Positions 1-11,100 of a stretch of DNA of 64,000 nt are shown here, piece by piece; the first letter of the stretch is position 1; each line of letters starts with the position of its first letter. The notes below the pieces were generated by a model. That model was not told the origin of the DNA. It did no database searches and saw only the letters and a program-made list of their open reading frames with translations. Source of the DNA: Podarcis filfolensis. Taxonomy: Eukaryota. Made by a program: the position numbers and the translations under genes. The stretch lies in NCBI GenBank assembly GCA_964270895.1, contig OZ185449.1. One strand, written 5' to 3'.

Positions 1-129
1 TGACACTTTTTCCAAGGTGTTGTGGGTAACCACGGGCAACTTTTGTTCAGGGTTTCTGCTTCTTTTATGATGTAGTTTGAAGTCTTGTTGCAGCAATAAA
101 GATCAGGCCTCCTGGCCACTGTTTTGCTT

Positions 130-550
130 CACTATCTTGGCCAGAGCCTTTTGTTTGACTATCCAACTTGAGCACAGGGTATTCCTCACTACATCTCTGT
201 GCTCCTCCCAGAGGTAATTCCTCCTCTGATCACTGCAGTGGATACACAACCAGACCGTCTCCAGGCACTACAGTCATTTGCAAGGCATTCCCACATGGCA
301 GGGTTGTTGCCAACCTTCATGTCATGTTTGCAGATATCTTTGTAATGCAAAGTTGGTCTGCCAATGGTCCTGGAGCTAGCTCCCCATAGAACAAATCCTT
401 GGGGATCCTGCCATCTTCTATTCCGCGGTAATGACCAAGCCAAAGATATGGCTGAGACAGGAGTGGGACATGTGTATATTAATGGAAATTGTCCTTTGTC
501 TACAACAGAAATTATGTAGGATATTCTTGGATATTGGTGTAAGTCCATGG
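130..550 (-). mobile_element. RTE-clade LINE 3' ORF remnant
   Basis: Minus-strand frames read LWLGHYRGIEDGRIPKDLFYGELAP then GRPTLHYKDICKHDMK...WECLANDCSAWR, matching the RTE C-terminal motif WLGHVxRMEDGRIPKxxLYGEL...GRPxLRYKDVCKRDMK; frameshifted. Confidence 0.8.
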
Positions 551-660
551 CAGCAATGGGGAACCTTTTACCTTGGACTCCAACTCCCATCATCTAGGAC
601 TAGGGCTGATGGGAGCTGCAGACCAGCAACATCTGGAGGGTAACAAGTTCACTATCTCTG
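551..660. mobile_element. Short palindromic hAT-type MITE of a common squamate family; more copies near 11395-11535, 24505-24580, 26950-27060, 46930-46990, 63480-63560
   Basis: Internal inverted halves (CAACTCCCATC...GATGGGAG), flanked by 8-bp TSD GTCCATGG (543-550) / GTCTATGG (661-668). Confidence 0.75.
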
Positions 661-759
661 GTCTATGGAAAGGGCGCTCACAGTCTCACTTTCTTTGTGC
701 AATCCTAAATATAATGGACTTTTTCCACTAGAAACAAATAGGATAAAGCGTGCATAAAA

Positions 760-1021
760 TACCGTATTTTTCCGTGTATAAGACTAGGTTTTTTTAACCC
801 AAAAATTAGGTTTAAAATTGGGGCTTGTCTTATACACGGGTAGTGCTGAGGGGTGTTTTCTTAATTTGGAGTCCCCAAAAATTTGTTGTTGTTTATTCAT
901 TTAGTCGTGTCCGACTCTTTGTGACCCCATGGACCAGAGCACACCAGGCACTCCTGTCTCCCCCCCCCCAAATAGGGGGTGTCTTATACATGGGGTGTCT
1001 TATACACGGAAAAATACAGTA
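760..1021. mobile_element. Tc1/mariner-type MITE
   Basis: TIRs TACCGTATTTTTCCGTGTATAAGAC / GTCTTATACACGGAAAAATACAGTA with terminal TA. Confidence 0.85.
884..959 (-). mobile_element. BovB-type RTE 3' tail nested in the MITE
   Basis: Reverse complement reads ...GGTCCATGGGGTCACAAAGAGTCGGACACGACTAAATGAATAAACAACAACA, the characteristic BovB 3' end. Confidence 0.8.
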
Positions 1022-1225
1022 CTCTAGTATTACAGTAGCAAAGCCCCCGTTTTGAAGGGGGCTTCTTTGCTGGTGGTGAGAGCAACAGTTTTAGCATTTC
1101 TGCCAGGCAATGGAGAGTTGTCATTCCAGGAAGATTCTAGAAGAAGTTGAATTTACCTCAGCTCCAACTACCAGCATTCTTGGTTTTCTGTTGGGTTCAT
1201 AGCTGAATCTTCTTTGGCTCTTGAA

Positions 1226-1566
1226 GAACACAGGAAGCTGCCTTATACCAAGTCAGAACAATGGGCTGTGTAGCTCAGCACCAGCAGTAACTCTCCAGTG
1301 TTTCAGACAGAGGGCACCCCAATTTACCTGAGGCATTGGACCTCAGGGCTTTTGCATGCAAAGCAGATGCTCTACCAGTGAGTTGCAGCCCTTCACTACA
1401 CCATCAGACCACTGAACCATCTAGCTCAATACTGTCTGCACTGATTGTCTGCAACTCTCTGGGGATTTTAGATAGGGGGCTTTCTCAGCCCTTCCTGGAG
1501 ATGCCAGGGATTGAAACTGGGGCTTTCTGCATAAAATGTAATTGTTCTACCACTGAGATACTGCCC
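1226..1566 (-). mobile_element. Two adjacent degenerate tRNA-derived SINEs (Squam3-like)
   Basis: Reverse complement has GGTAGAGCATCTGCTTTGCATGCA and CCCAGTTTCAATCCCTGGCATCTCCAG heads and the TATAAGGCAGCTTCC tail. Confidence 0.65.
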
Positions 1567-3656
1567 ATCTCATTCAACCTTCTTCCTCATCCCAAGTAGA
1601 CCATTCATTCCAAGGTGAAACCAAGATTCCTGGCAGACAAGCACCAACTCTGGGAAGACATGAGACAGACAAATAATGATTAGTCCAAGATAAAGCCCTG
1701 AGACCCTTGTCAAGAATCCCCCAGCTCAGAAATCTTGACAGGCTATACTGCTAGAATTGGCAAAGCAGTGAATGTATCTGCTGAAGAATAATCTCCTAGC
1801 TATAGTTATTACTATCATTAGCTTTACAGCTATTTGGGGATATTACTGGCCTGTTGGTGTGTTTTATGTCTATTTAATTTTCTGGATTTTAAATTATTAA
1901 TTATTGAATTGTTAATTTAGTGTTGTAAACAGTATTATCATTTTAATTATGTATCATGATTACTGTATTGTCTTCAGACTATTATTTGGTTGCAAACCAC
2001 TTTGAGCAGAAATTTGTAGAAAATGCAACATGGGAAAAGAAGCAAGCTTGTGCATAGGGCTGGCCCACCCATGACGCAAGGTAAGGTGACTGCCTCAGGC
2101 AGCAGGATCCATAGAGGCAGCAGATGTCAATGTAGATGTTTATTCCCCTCCTTGTTCCTGATGTAGATCTTCACTTACTCCTTCTTCCCTAGTGAGGAGA
2201 AGGGCACCATTTTGTGGTTGGCTTCAGGTGCCAAAATGTATTGAGCTGGCCCTATTTGTTTTGTGTTTGTACATTGTGTTTAGGATTGCAGTCTATATGT
2301 CATTCACTGAGCTGGATCCGTGTGGGTGTACAGAAAAATCTACTTGTAATGTATTGAGCTGAATGGTCAAGGTAAGAAATGTGGCTCAGAAAATATATTT
2401 CTTTATGAGAAATTCAAATGAATCAACTTCATTGGTCTGGATGGTCTTTAAAGGAGGAGGAGAAGCTGGTGGTCTGTGTATTATTAACTCTTCAGGATCT
2501 ATAAGTTGTGGCAATGATTGTGTGATTAACTATGGACCCCCATTTTCCCCAGCTGTCCCCCCCCCCATATTCATGTCTGGCTGAGATCCCTTTTGATACT
2601 GGATTAAGAAAACTGAATACAGCTCAACAAGCTCTAATCAATGCCTCCAAAATTGATATTCAGGAAACATCCCCACTTTGCTTCTAAACAAATAATTTCA
2701 TCATAAGATAATTCTCAGCAAAACTACAATACATTTTCACAATGTGTTATGGGAGCTGGGGCCATTCAGTTCTAAATAATGGTTTCTTCACTCGACAAAT
2801 AAATTGAAATTGATTGGTTTCAGTCTCCTGTGCAGAAGCACACAATACCTATGCACAGCGATGCGATTGACTTCAGCACAACAGACCCCAGCCTTCCATT
2901 CTCAAGGACCCAGGGCAGAATTTTGCAATCACTCCCCTTCTGTACTGGAATCTTTGTGAACCTTGACTCTCTTTAAATGTCAGCTTGTGACAACAATACC
3001 TTTACAGAAGGGGAATTGGCCTCTTGTGTCGGAAAGTAGAATCCTGCATGTGGATATAGGGCAAAACAAGAAGAGTTTTTTAAACAATAAAAATGATGAA
3101 TTAAATGAAAAGGTTATGCACCTCCTTTATACATTATAGGCGAAATGGATTAAAAAGTCTTGGCTATACAGAGAGAATGTGGCAATCAGTTCAACCTTCT
3201 GTGTGTTCGTGCAAGATGAAGCAGTCTTACACACATTTACCTGAAAGTAAGATGTATTGAACTGAATGAAACTGTTTCCAGACATGATAGCATTGTGCTG
3301 TGTATGTATGTAGTACACCTCACAGGCACCCCAGTTATCAATAAAGACACACCACTTTTCATTACCCCTCCCCCAGGGTCTCATTCCTGTTTAGTCACCA
3401 CCAGTTCTGACCTTGAGGTTACATGTGGAATTGTTGTTGTTGTTGTTGTTTTGGCCTGAATATGGGTCACTTTACACTTGCCTATATGGAATTGCATTTA
3501 CCATTTTACTGCCCATTCAGCCAGTTTTGAGAGGTCCTTTTGGAGCTCTTCATAGTTTTTTTTTGTTTATTTGCTTGTTTGTTTGTTTTAACAACCCTGA
3601 ACAATTTAGTATTATCAGCAAACTTGGCCATTTCTCTTCTCACTCTTAACTCTAGA

Positions 3657-4121
3657 CAGTGGCGTAGGAAGTGGGGTGCGGTGGGTGCAGGCCGCCCTGG
3701 ATGTCATCACCGAGGGGGGTGACAAAATGGCAAAAATATGGTGTGTGTGTTTTTTTAAAAATGGGGCTCACGAAACTTTTTAGTTCAGTCAACAAACATA
3801 ATGAAACGTGGCTGGCACTGGGCACCACACCACAGGGACCAGCACTTACCACGGGGCCTGCAGCATGCCTGATCCGCACTTCTCTCCTGGGAGTGACATG
3901 GTGGCTTGGGCGCCTGCAGGCTCCACACTGCCTGAAACGGCAGCATGGGGCTTGCGTCTGCCCACCGCCTCTCCTTCAGCTGCCCTACAGCTGAGGGGGA
4001 AGCAGCGAAGAGGCTTTGCACAGTGTGCCCTGCCCTGGCTTGCCCCGTGTCCATGGACTCCACCCCCAGGTGCAGGGCGCGTGCACCACCCCGGGCACCC
4101 GAGCGGCTAGCTATGCCATTG
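3657..4121. mobile_element. hAT MITE (CAGTGGCGTAG termini) inserted in CR1
   Basis: TIR CAGTGGCGTAG / CTATGCCATTG; perfect 8-bp TSD ACTCTAGA (3649-3656, 4122-4129). Confidence 0.9.
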
Positions 4122-4323
4122 ACTCTAGATAACCTATTTACAAGTTACAAAACACAGATTGCAATTCTGAGCCACTGGGAACTCCACTTTCTACATCCCT
4201 TCATCAGAACTCTCCATTTATTCCTGCTCTCTGCTTCCTTTTATGCAACCAGTTTCTGATTCACAAGAGGACTTCACCTGTTATCCCATGACTGCTAAAC
4301 TTACTCAGGAATCTCTGGTGAAG

Positions 4324-4586
4324 TCCCGTATTTTTCGCTCTATAAGACACACCAGACCACAAGACGCACCTAGTTTTTGGAGGAGGAAAACAAGAAAAAA
4401 AATATTCTGAATCTCAGAAGCCAGAACAGCAAGAGGGATTGCTGCACAGTGAAAGCAGCAAGCCCTCTTGCTGTTCTGGCTTCTGGGATAGCTGCGCAGC
4501 CTGCATTCGTTCCAAACGACGCACACACATTTCCCCTTTCTTTTTAGGAGGGAAAAAGTGAGTCTTATAGAGCAAAAAATACGGTA
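4324..4586. mobile_element. Tc1/mariner MITE inserted in CR1
   Basis: TIRs TCCCGTATTTTTCGCTCTATAAGAC / GTCTTATAGAGCAAAAAATACGGTA; internal hairpin AGAAGCCAGAACAGCAAGAGGG...CCCTCTTGCTGTTCTGGCTTCT. Confidence 0.9.
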
Positions 4587-4856
4587 CTTTGTTGAAAGCT
4601 TTTTGAAATTCCAAGTACACTATGGCAACTGGATAATCTCTTATATGTTTGTTGATATTCTTAAAGAAGTGTAAAAGGTTTGTGAGACAGGGCTTAACCT
4701 TGCAGAAGCCATGCTGGTTCTGTTTCAGCAAAGTTTGTTATTTTTATATGCTTAGTTATTTCATCATTAATGATATTTTCCACCAGACTTCTCAGGACAG
4801 ATGTTAAGCTAGTTTGCCTGTAATTTCCAGGAATTTCCACTTGGAAGACAAAAATT

Positions 4857-5051
4857 TATGGCAGATCCATGTGCATGAACTAACTTTTGCAGGAAGGGAG
4901 TCTGAGGAACTGAGGCAAATACTGGTGTTGAGAGATGAAATTCTAGGCCTAAGAGACAATAAATAAATAAATGGACAATTCACCATGTTTGGAAGGCATC
5001 CACTCAATTGTTCTTAAAGAATTCAAATGTGGAATTGCTGATTTTCTAACA
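4857..5051 (+). mobile_element. CR1 ORF2 segment inverted relative to the adjacent CR1
   Basis: ELTFAGRESEELRQILVLRDEILGL..., then after an indel DNSPCLEGIHSIVLKEFKCGIADFLT (compare CR1 DKSPGPDGIHPRVLKELKCEIADLLT). Confidence 0.85.
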
Positions 5052-5059
5052 GTTTCTTG

Positions 5060-5390
5060 GGTTGCTGAGTTTGTTTTTTCTAAGCGCTCATGAAAATTCA
5101 TCAGCATTTTAGAAATAATTTCTCCTAATATACATATTTTTGTATGCCATTTTTCTTATATACACATTGTACAAGCACATTATTTCATCTCATTTTTAGT
5201 AATACATGCATTGTTACACATATTTTCCCCCAACATACACATTTCTGTACAAACTGTTTGGAGAACTGCATTGAAAAAGATGCATAAATGTGAATTTTGA
5301 AGTATAAGCTGGATTTGGTTTGCATATATTAAAAGAAAGTGTAAATCAGGTTGAGTTTGCATGAAAATACTAAATGAACCGTGTCCTAAG
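5060..5390 (-). mobile_element. AT-rich non-autonomous DNA transposon-like repeat; related copies near 7860-8090, 20228-20630, 26083-26380, 52660-53440, 56100-56750
   Basis: Shared degenerate blocks such as AATTTACACTAAAATGCTGGTGA(G/A)TTTTCATG, GATGTGGAAATG(C/T)GGAGAA, AAAATGAGAAAC and CACAGCCATCCTT recur at all these loci. Confidence 0.6.
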
Positions 5391-6084
5391 TTGTGAGTTA
5401 AAGAAGGCTTACATTAATTTGGGAGTTCTGTATTTGGTTCTGGTGGTTTACAGTCACAGACAATGAAATGAGCAGCTTAAAGATGGTCTTTCTGTCTACC
5501 CATGAAGGGCAAGTTCTCTTTATTAAATTCTAAGTCATCTTACTCTTCTTCAGAGATCTTTGAAAAGGATCTTATATTAATGTTTTAGAAACGTGCAAAT
5601 TAATTTCAGTATAATTGTTGAATTAATAAGTTAAGAGGTACATGTTTAATCAGCCAAAGATTCTTTCATTGGCTGACAATCTTCATGCATTATATTAGTT
5701 TAACAATTAAGCCAAGCTTAAAATAGCAATAGGAATTCAGTTAGTAATTGACTGCTTCTTTATTCATTCAGCCTCGACCTCCCCATTACATGGAATTCTA
5801 TCTTTCTTCTACTTCTTTCATTCAGAATCAGCCTAAGAAGGATATGAGTCCTACTAGAGGAAGAGTAGGCAGCAACTACTTGATGCTTTCTCCTCCAGTC
5901 ATTTTTTCAGTTCAAAATCACCCTCCCTACTGTGGGGAAGGACTGGGGTTTCAAGGCTGACAAAAATCTCAGAAAGTTATAAAATAGCTAGTTATAAAAT
6001 AGCTGTATTTGCTCCTTGGAAAGCCTTTTATGGCCAGGAGGGGGGTGGGGTAGTGAAAGCAAAGGTGTGCATTGTATGTTTACT

Positions 6085-6303
6085 GTATGGCATGGTGGTT
6101 TGAGTGCTGGACTAGGACCTTGAGAGACCAGGATTCAAATCCCCACTCAGCCAGGAAGCTCACTGGGTGACCTTGGACCAGTCACTATCTTTCAGCTCAA
6201 CCTACCTCATGGGCTTGTTCTGAGGATAAAACTGGAGAAACATGTATGCCCCTTTGAGCTCTTTGGAAGACAGATGGGATGTGAATGTAACAAATAAATA
6301 AAC
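6085..6303 (+). mobile_element. Old MIR/Ther1-like CORE SINE; related copies near 15240-15380, 24080-24240 (-), 34380-34610
   Basis: B-box GGATTCAAATCCC, core CTGGGTGACCTTGGACCAGTCAC...CTCAACCTACCTCA...GGATAAAA, and an (AAAT)n tail. Confidence 0.7.
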
Positions 6304-6608
6304 CCACTTGTATGCACCTTGTTTGCGTTTTAAAGCCTTTCCCAACAGCCTTGCTTTATGACAGCCCTGCTTCATGTCAGAACTAATTCTGCACACAGGG
6401 ATTTCATTTCTGACTCATTTCTTTCTCCTTCACAGGGCTATCGATATCACAGGCTAGCATTTAAAGAAAGTCTGGGTTCGCAATGGTTCCACTACAGAAG
6501 GAGAAGGGTTGAAGAATTCTACTGAGTCCAAGCAGGTACCAGCAGCTGGATTCAGTCAACATACCATGTTGTTTTCAAGCATCCTCAGTGATAATCTCAG
6601 AGTCCAGG

Positions 6609-6828
6609 TGTTATGTACTGAAGTTCTCATCCTGGGCCAGCAGGGAGATACTGTAGATAGTTCAGGTCCACATATGAAAATAAGGGAAAGTTTTTACAGT
6701 TACAGATTTTACAGTTATATAAGCAGGCTGGCTGAACCCTTCAGTTCAGTTCTGTTCTGACCTGTGAATAAACAAGAGCTGTTTGGAGAATCGCTGTGTC
6801 ATCTGATATGTTCACCCACAACTTAACA
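6609..6828 (+). mobile_element. Solo LTR (Gypsy-like)
   Basis: Termini TGTTA...TAACA, 5-bp TSD CCAGG/CTAGG, internal TATATAA followed by AATAAA. Confidence 0.8.
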
Positions 6829-6975
6829 CTAGGTATGACGGTTTATGTCTACCGCCACCTAACATTCCTTGGCCAGCAGATTTTTAAATGGTTCAGAACG
6901 TCTTACAAGAAAACACAGGCACATACATTAATTATCAGCATCCAAAACTCTCTCATTCCAATCATTTAGCAATCT

Positions 6976-7117
6976 ATGATAGCTCAGTTGGTGGGGCATG
7001 AGACCCACAATCTCAGGGTCGTGGGTTTGAGCCCCACGTCAGGCAAAAGAATTCTGCATTGCAGGGGGTTGTACTAGATTATCCTCATGGTCCCTTCCAA
7101 CTCTAATTCTATGATTC
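6976..7117 (+). mobile_element. tRNA-Lys-derived SINE with CR1 3' tail (resembles lacertid P.s.1/SINE type)
   Basis: Head TAGCTCAGTTGGT...GCATGAGAC...AATCTCAGGGTCGTGGGTTTGAGCCCCACGT is tRNA-Lys-like; tail GGGGTTGTACTAGAT...GGTCCCTTCCAACTCTAATTCTATGATTC is the CR1 3' end. Confidence 0.85.
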
Positions 7118-7409
7118 ACACTCAGGGCCAGCAGTAGACATTGTGCCAATGTGTCATCCAAAGCAACTGCTGTCCCACTTACTTTCTCTGCCCCTTGTCA
7201 ACTGCACAGCTGCCACTAGCATGGTAACAGCACTGACCATGCATTGACTCCAGTTCCCAGTCCCTTTATGCTGAGAAAGGGCTAGGGTTCCTTCAGAGCA
7301 AGGCATTCTGGGCAAGGTCGCCCAGAAGATTGCCTGCTGCACCATGGCTTGGTTGCCATGGCCATCCCTACTTGCACTGCAGCAATGCCTCTCAATCTCT
7401 CCTACAATT

Positions 7410-7582
7410 AGGAACATAAGAAACTGCCTCCTACTGAGTAAGACCACTGATCCATTTAACTCAGTATGGCTTGCTTGGGCCTGCAGTGGCTCTCCAGTGA
7501 TTCAGACAGGATCTTTCTCAACCCTATCTGGAGGTGCTGGGGATTGGAATTGGGGGGGGGTCTGTTCAGGGAGCTACAGCCC
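7410..7582 (-). mobile_element. Degenerate Squam3-like SINE
   Basis: Same tail and body as the copy at 25785 (CAGTGGCTCTCCAG...TTCAGACAGG...CTGGAGGTGCTGGGGATTG). Confidence 0.6.
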
Positions 7583-10149
7583 TTCTCCTGTTAATCACTC
7601 TCTCTTAACAAGGAGAGGAGGTGTGATTATCTGCTGCTGTGGCCTATACACATTCACACAAACATCCACCACTGTCACATCTTAGAATCTTAGAATACAG
7701 AATTTGGTAGAGTTAGTGGACAATTCTTTAAAATACTCTAATTCCATTAGCAATGAATGAGCTAGGCTGAAAAAAAACCCCAGCATTCGGTTATTGATAA
7801 AATCCATTCAAATTAAACTACACATTAGCATTGCAATATTAATATGCACATATCTGTATGCAATTGTCCCTGATATACTTATTCTTGCTACACATTTTCA
7901 CTGATATACGGTAATGCATTTTTAAATGTTATTTCCACTAATACATGCATTTGTACACTTTACTATAAATATATTCATTTTAATACACATTACTTAGCTA
8001 CATTTCAAAATTCAGAGAACTGCACATTTCAAAGATGGCAGTGTTTCGTTTCACATACTGTTGCAGAAAGCAATCTGATCTGAATTTATCCCCCATCTCT
8101 AGTGATTGCACAGCATTGCTCTGATGGGGGCATCTGGGTTAAAAACATGACAGCCTACACTGCTGGAAGTCAACATCCAGAGACCCAAGGTTGAAGAATC
8201 ATATTCCAGGGTATTTCTGGGTAAGAGGATCATGGCCACTATCAGGTAGCAGCCAAGGGAAAGTAGTCTGCAGCCAGCCAGTTTTGCTCTAACTTTGAAT
8301 ATCACTTTTACCCTCAAAATTAATTTGACCCCATTTTCCCACCTCAATTTAGACGTGGAAGTTTTCATTAGAGAACTTTTGTCCCTTCTTAACTGTCCCT
8401 GAGACATGTTGAGCATATGCCACTCAGAAATAATTCCAGGTATCCGTCTCTTCATAAACAGCCTTGTTAATACCATCACTTCTAGTAGATTAATTTTTTT
8501 AATATCTTCTCATTCCAAATTTAGTGCTGCATGTAGGAGTTCTTACCTTTTTCCAGGTTACTCAAGCAGAAGTATTCATTTAATTCTCCCAAACGGAGTT
8601 ATAAGGGTTTAAAATTACCTTCACTCTCCTGCCTAACCTTTCTGTCTCTTTGCTCATTTATTTCTCAACCAGTGGCAATGGACTGATATAAAAGATTACG
8701 CAATCTGTGTTAATCAAGCCATTTGTACAGAGACAGAAAATACTGTTTGATTAAAGGGGGGGAGGAGAAATGTTTAAGGCTGAAAGAGAGAACTGTGCAA
8801 GCACGTCACTGCATTAACACAAACCACTGAATGTCACCTATATTAATTTTTGTTTTGTGGAACATGCATATTCTTAGGATCAATGTCCTTTAGAAATACG
8901 TTCAATCTAAAACCTAAAAGCTGTGCTTCTGTGCTAAAACTTCTGCAAATATTTATATTACTGAAAAGTTGCCTTTTCCTGGTTCCAGAACATATTGTTC
9001 AGAGGGTGCTATGTGAGGGTTCACCACTGAAAAGGCCCTCTCTTTAATCACCACATCCCCAACCTCTGGCATTCTGAGAGGAGCCTCTGTAAATGATCTT
9101 AAGACCCAGGTGGGCTGATAAGGTGCAGGAGTCCCAATCTGTGTAAATCATTATAGGGTTTGGGGGTGTTTTGTTTTGGTGTTTTGTTGTTTTTTAAACA
9201 ACATTGAATAATATCTTGTGTTAATACCATCACTTCTAGTAGATTAATTTTTTTAATATTGTGTTACATGAAGAGCCTGCTGGATCAAACCACTTGATTG
9301 GCATAAGTAGTTATGCTGCTAGTAGGTTATTAGGTTTTGTAAGGAAGTTACAAAAGTTGTAAGGAAATGAAATATTGTTTTTTAGTCTTGCTCTTCACTC
9401 TGGGAACATGGTATCAATGAAGAGTGGAGAATAAATCATTTAAACAGGATAATTAAATAGTAAATTATATTATGGTAAAATTTGTATTAGTTGCTCTCCA
9501 TTTTTACCCCTGGCCCTGCCTACCAATTGTTGCCCATACGGAGATGCAGCCCTTTGTCTGAAAAAGGTTTCCCCACTACTGGTTTGGTTAATGATTGCTG
9601 GAGGCTGTAGCCTACTCTATGCATTAAGGATCTGTACTTGAAGCATTTTGGGTTTTAATCATATTTATCTTATTTACTCTTGTTATTAAGTGGAACTTTA
9701 ATTGCAAATGTTTAATTTGGATGGGTTGCCTGGCCCCCACCCGGATATTATGATGGAGGGCAGACTACTTCGAAATATTTTAAATAAATGTTGGTAAGTA
9801 TAAGCAGAAGCAGGATATTTTTCCAACTGAGATTATTCACTAAGTGAATCTATGGGTGAGTCATTGATGATTGAACAGAACAAGAGTGGCTTTAAACTTC
9901 ACTGCACACACATATGGCATCAGTACAAAAACAAAGCAAAGATCTGAATAATATCCAGGTGCAACATTTGTGACATCTTATAACTGAGATGTCTATTCAG
10001 TACTTTAAATAACTTTTATCTTTTTAAAGGAAATCACATGCTAAATAGGGGGAAATCTTAGCAATCAGTAGGAAACTTCAGCCAGGAAACAGCTGTTACA
10101 TATCTTGTGTGTTTGTGTGTATGTAATACATTCATTTCCAGCTTTGCCC

Positions 10150-10400
10150 CTTTGATAGTCTGATATTGAAGAAGCATATAATTGTATTGGGCCCCTCAAT
10201 GCCTCTCCTGGAAAAAGCTTGTCAAGCACAACATCATCTGCCATCACCCTCTCTGATGGTATTACTAGCCCTGATCTGGGGCAAAATCCAAGCAAAGGGG
10301 GTTTCAGAAGTATCCCTGGTTCCTGAGACATGAGGAAGATCTCCTTCAGAAGTCCCACTAAGATTAATGGAAGCCTTGCAAGACCACCATATTGTTCACT
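10150..10400 (-). mobile_element. Possible very old L2-clade RT remnant
   Basis: LLKPPLL...VIPSERVMA loosely resembles the L2 motif PLLKKPSLD...GKVIERVVA; heavily decayed. Confidence 0.35.
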
Positions 10401-10559
10401 TAGCAATTTGACTAAAAGTTCAGCACAAACTCAGGGTGACTGTTTAGATCCTGCCAATGCCCCCTGAGCAAGCACTCTTGTTATTCTGGAAGTAATTGTG
10501 AATGTTAAAAGGTATGATGTGAGCTTTGCTACAAAAAGAAATACATAACACTAAAAATA

Positions 10560-11100
10560 CCCCAGTGATCCATGCACGTTGCCATCGTGTCTGACAAATT
10601 CAATTAAGTCAGTCATACATCATTTCCCCCAGTGTTATTGATAGAGACACAGCAGTATTGAATTTTAATTATTCAGCACGTATCGATCCCACAATAATTT
10701 GGCGAGAATGATTCTCGAGTTGTCAGTCCCCTCAAGAGGCAACAGCTATTATCTAATTATATATCACACAGTGTCATTTGAGCAAAAAGGAAAAAAGTCT
10801 TGCAAATTTTTACAGACAAGAGACTCACACATAGCTCACAGTGACATGGAGTGGCTGTAAAGAAGAAGTGGCAATGGCCTTTTCATTTGTATTGAGAGGG
10901 GGAAATGCCATGTCAGAATTACACTTCGGAGAAGTTCACATTTTATACAATTCACTCGACAATTGCCGAGCAAAGGCCTTCTTCCACAGATCCATGCGGG
11001 CATACAGCTTTGTGCAGTGATATCTCCATTCCGTAACTTGTTATCACTTATGATCATCTCTCTCTGAGGTTGAACAAAGAAGATTATTGAGCCATGAGTA
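10560..11100. promoter_or_regulatory. Candidate conserved non-coding element
   Basis: Repeat-free; about 11 CpG in ~480 bp of AT-rich DNA; homeodomain-type TAATTA/CAATTAA and TGACA/TGTCA motifs. Confidence 0.4.

Larger units (their letters stand above)
3370..4846 (-). mobile_element. CR1 LINE reverse transcriptase fragment split by two MITEs
   Basis: GNYR.SLTSV...QNQHGFCKVKPCLTNLLHFF...VYLEFQKAFNKV | PHQRFLSKFSSHGI...VESGVPQ... | AKFADNTKLFRVVK...ELQKDLSKLAEWAVKW; CR1 RT motifs are colinear across both insertions. Confidence 0.9.

Noticed and set aside
6976-7050. Functional tRNA-Lys gene
   Set aside because: The anticodon arm and acceptor stem are mutated and it continues into a CR1 tail, so it is a SINE.
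8099-8479. 126-aa minus-strand ORF
   Set aside because: No recognisable domain; overlaps a MITE remnant; no convincing splice or start context.
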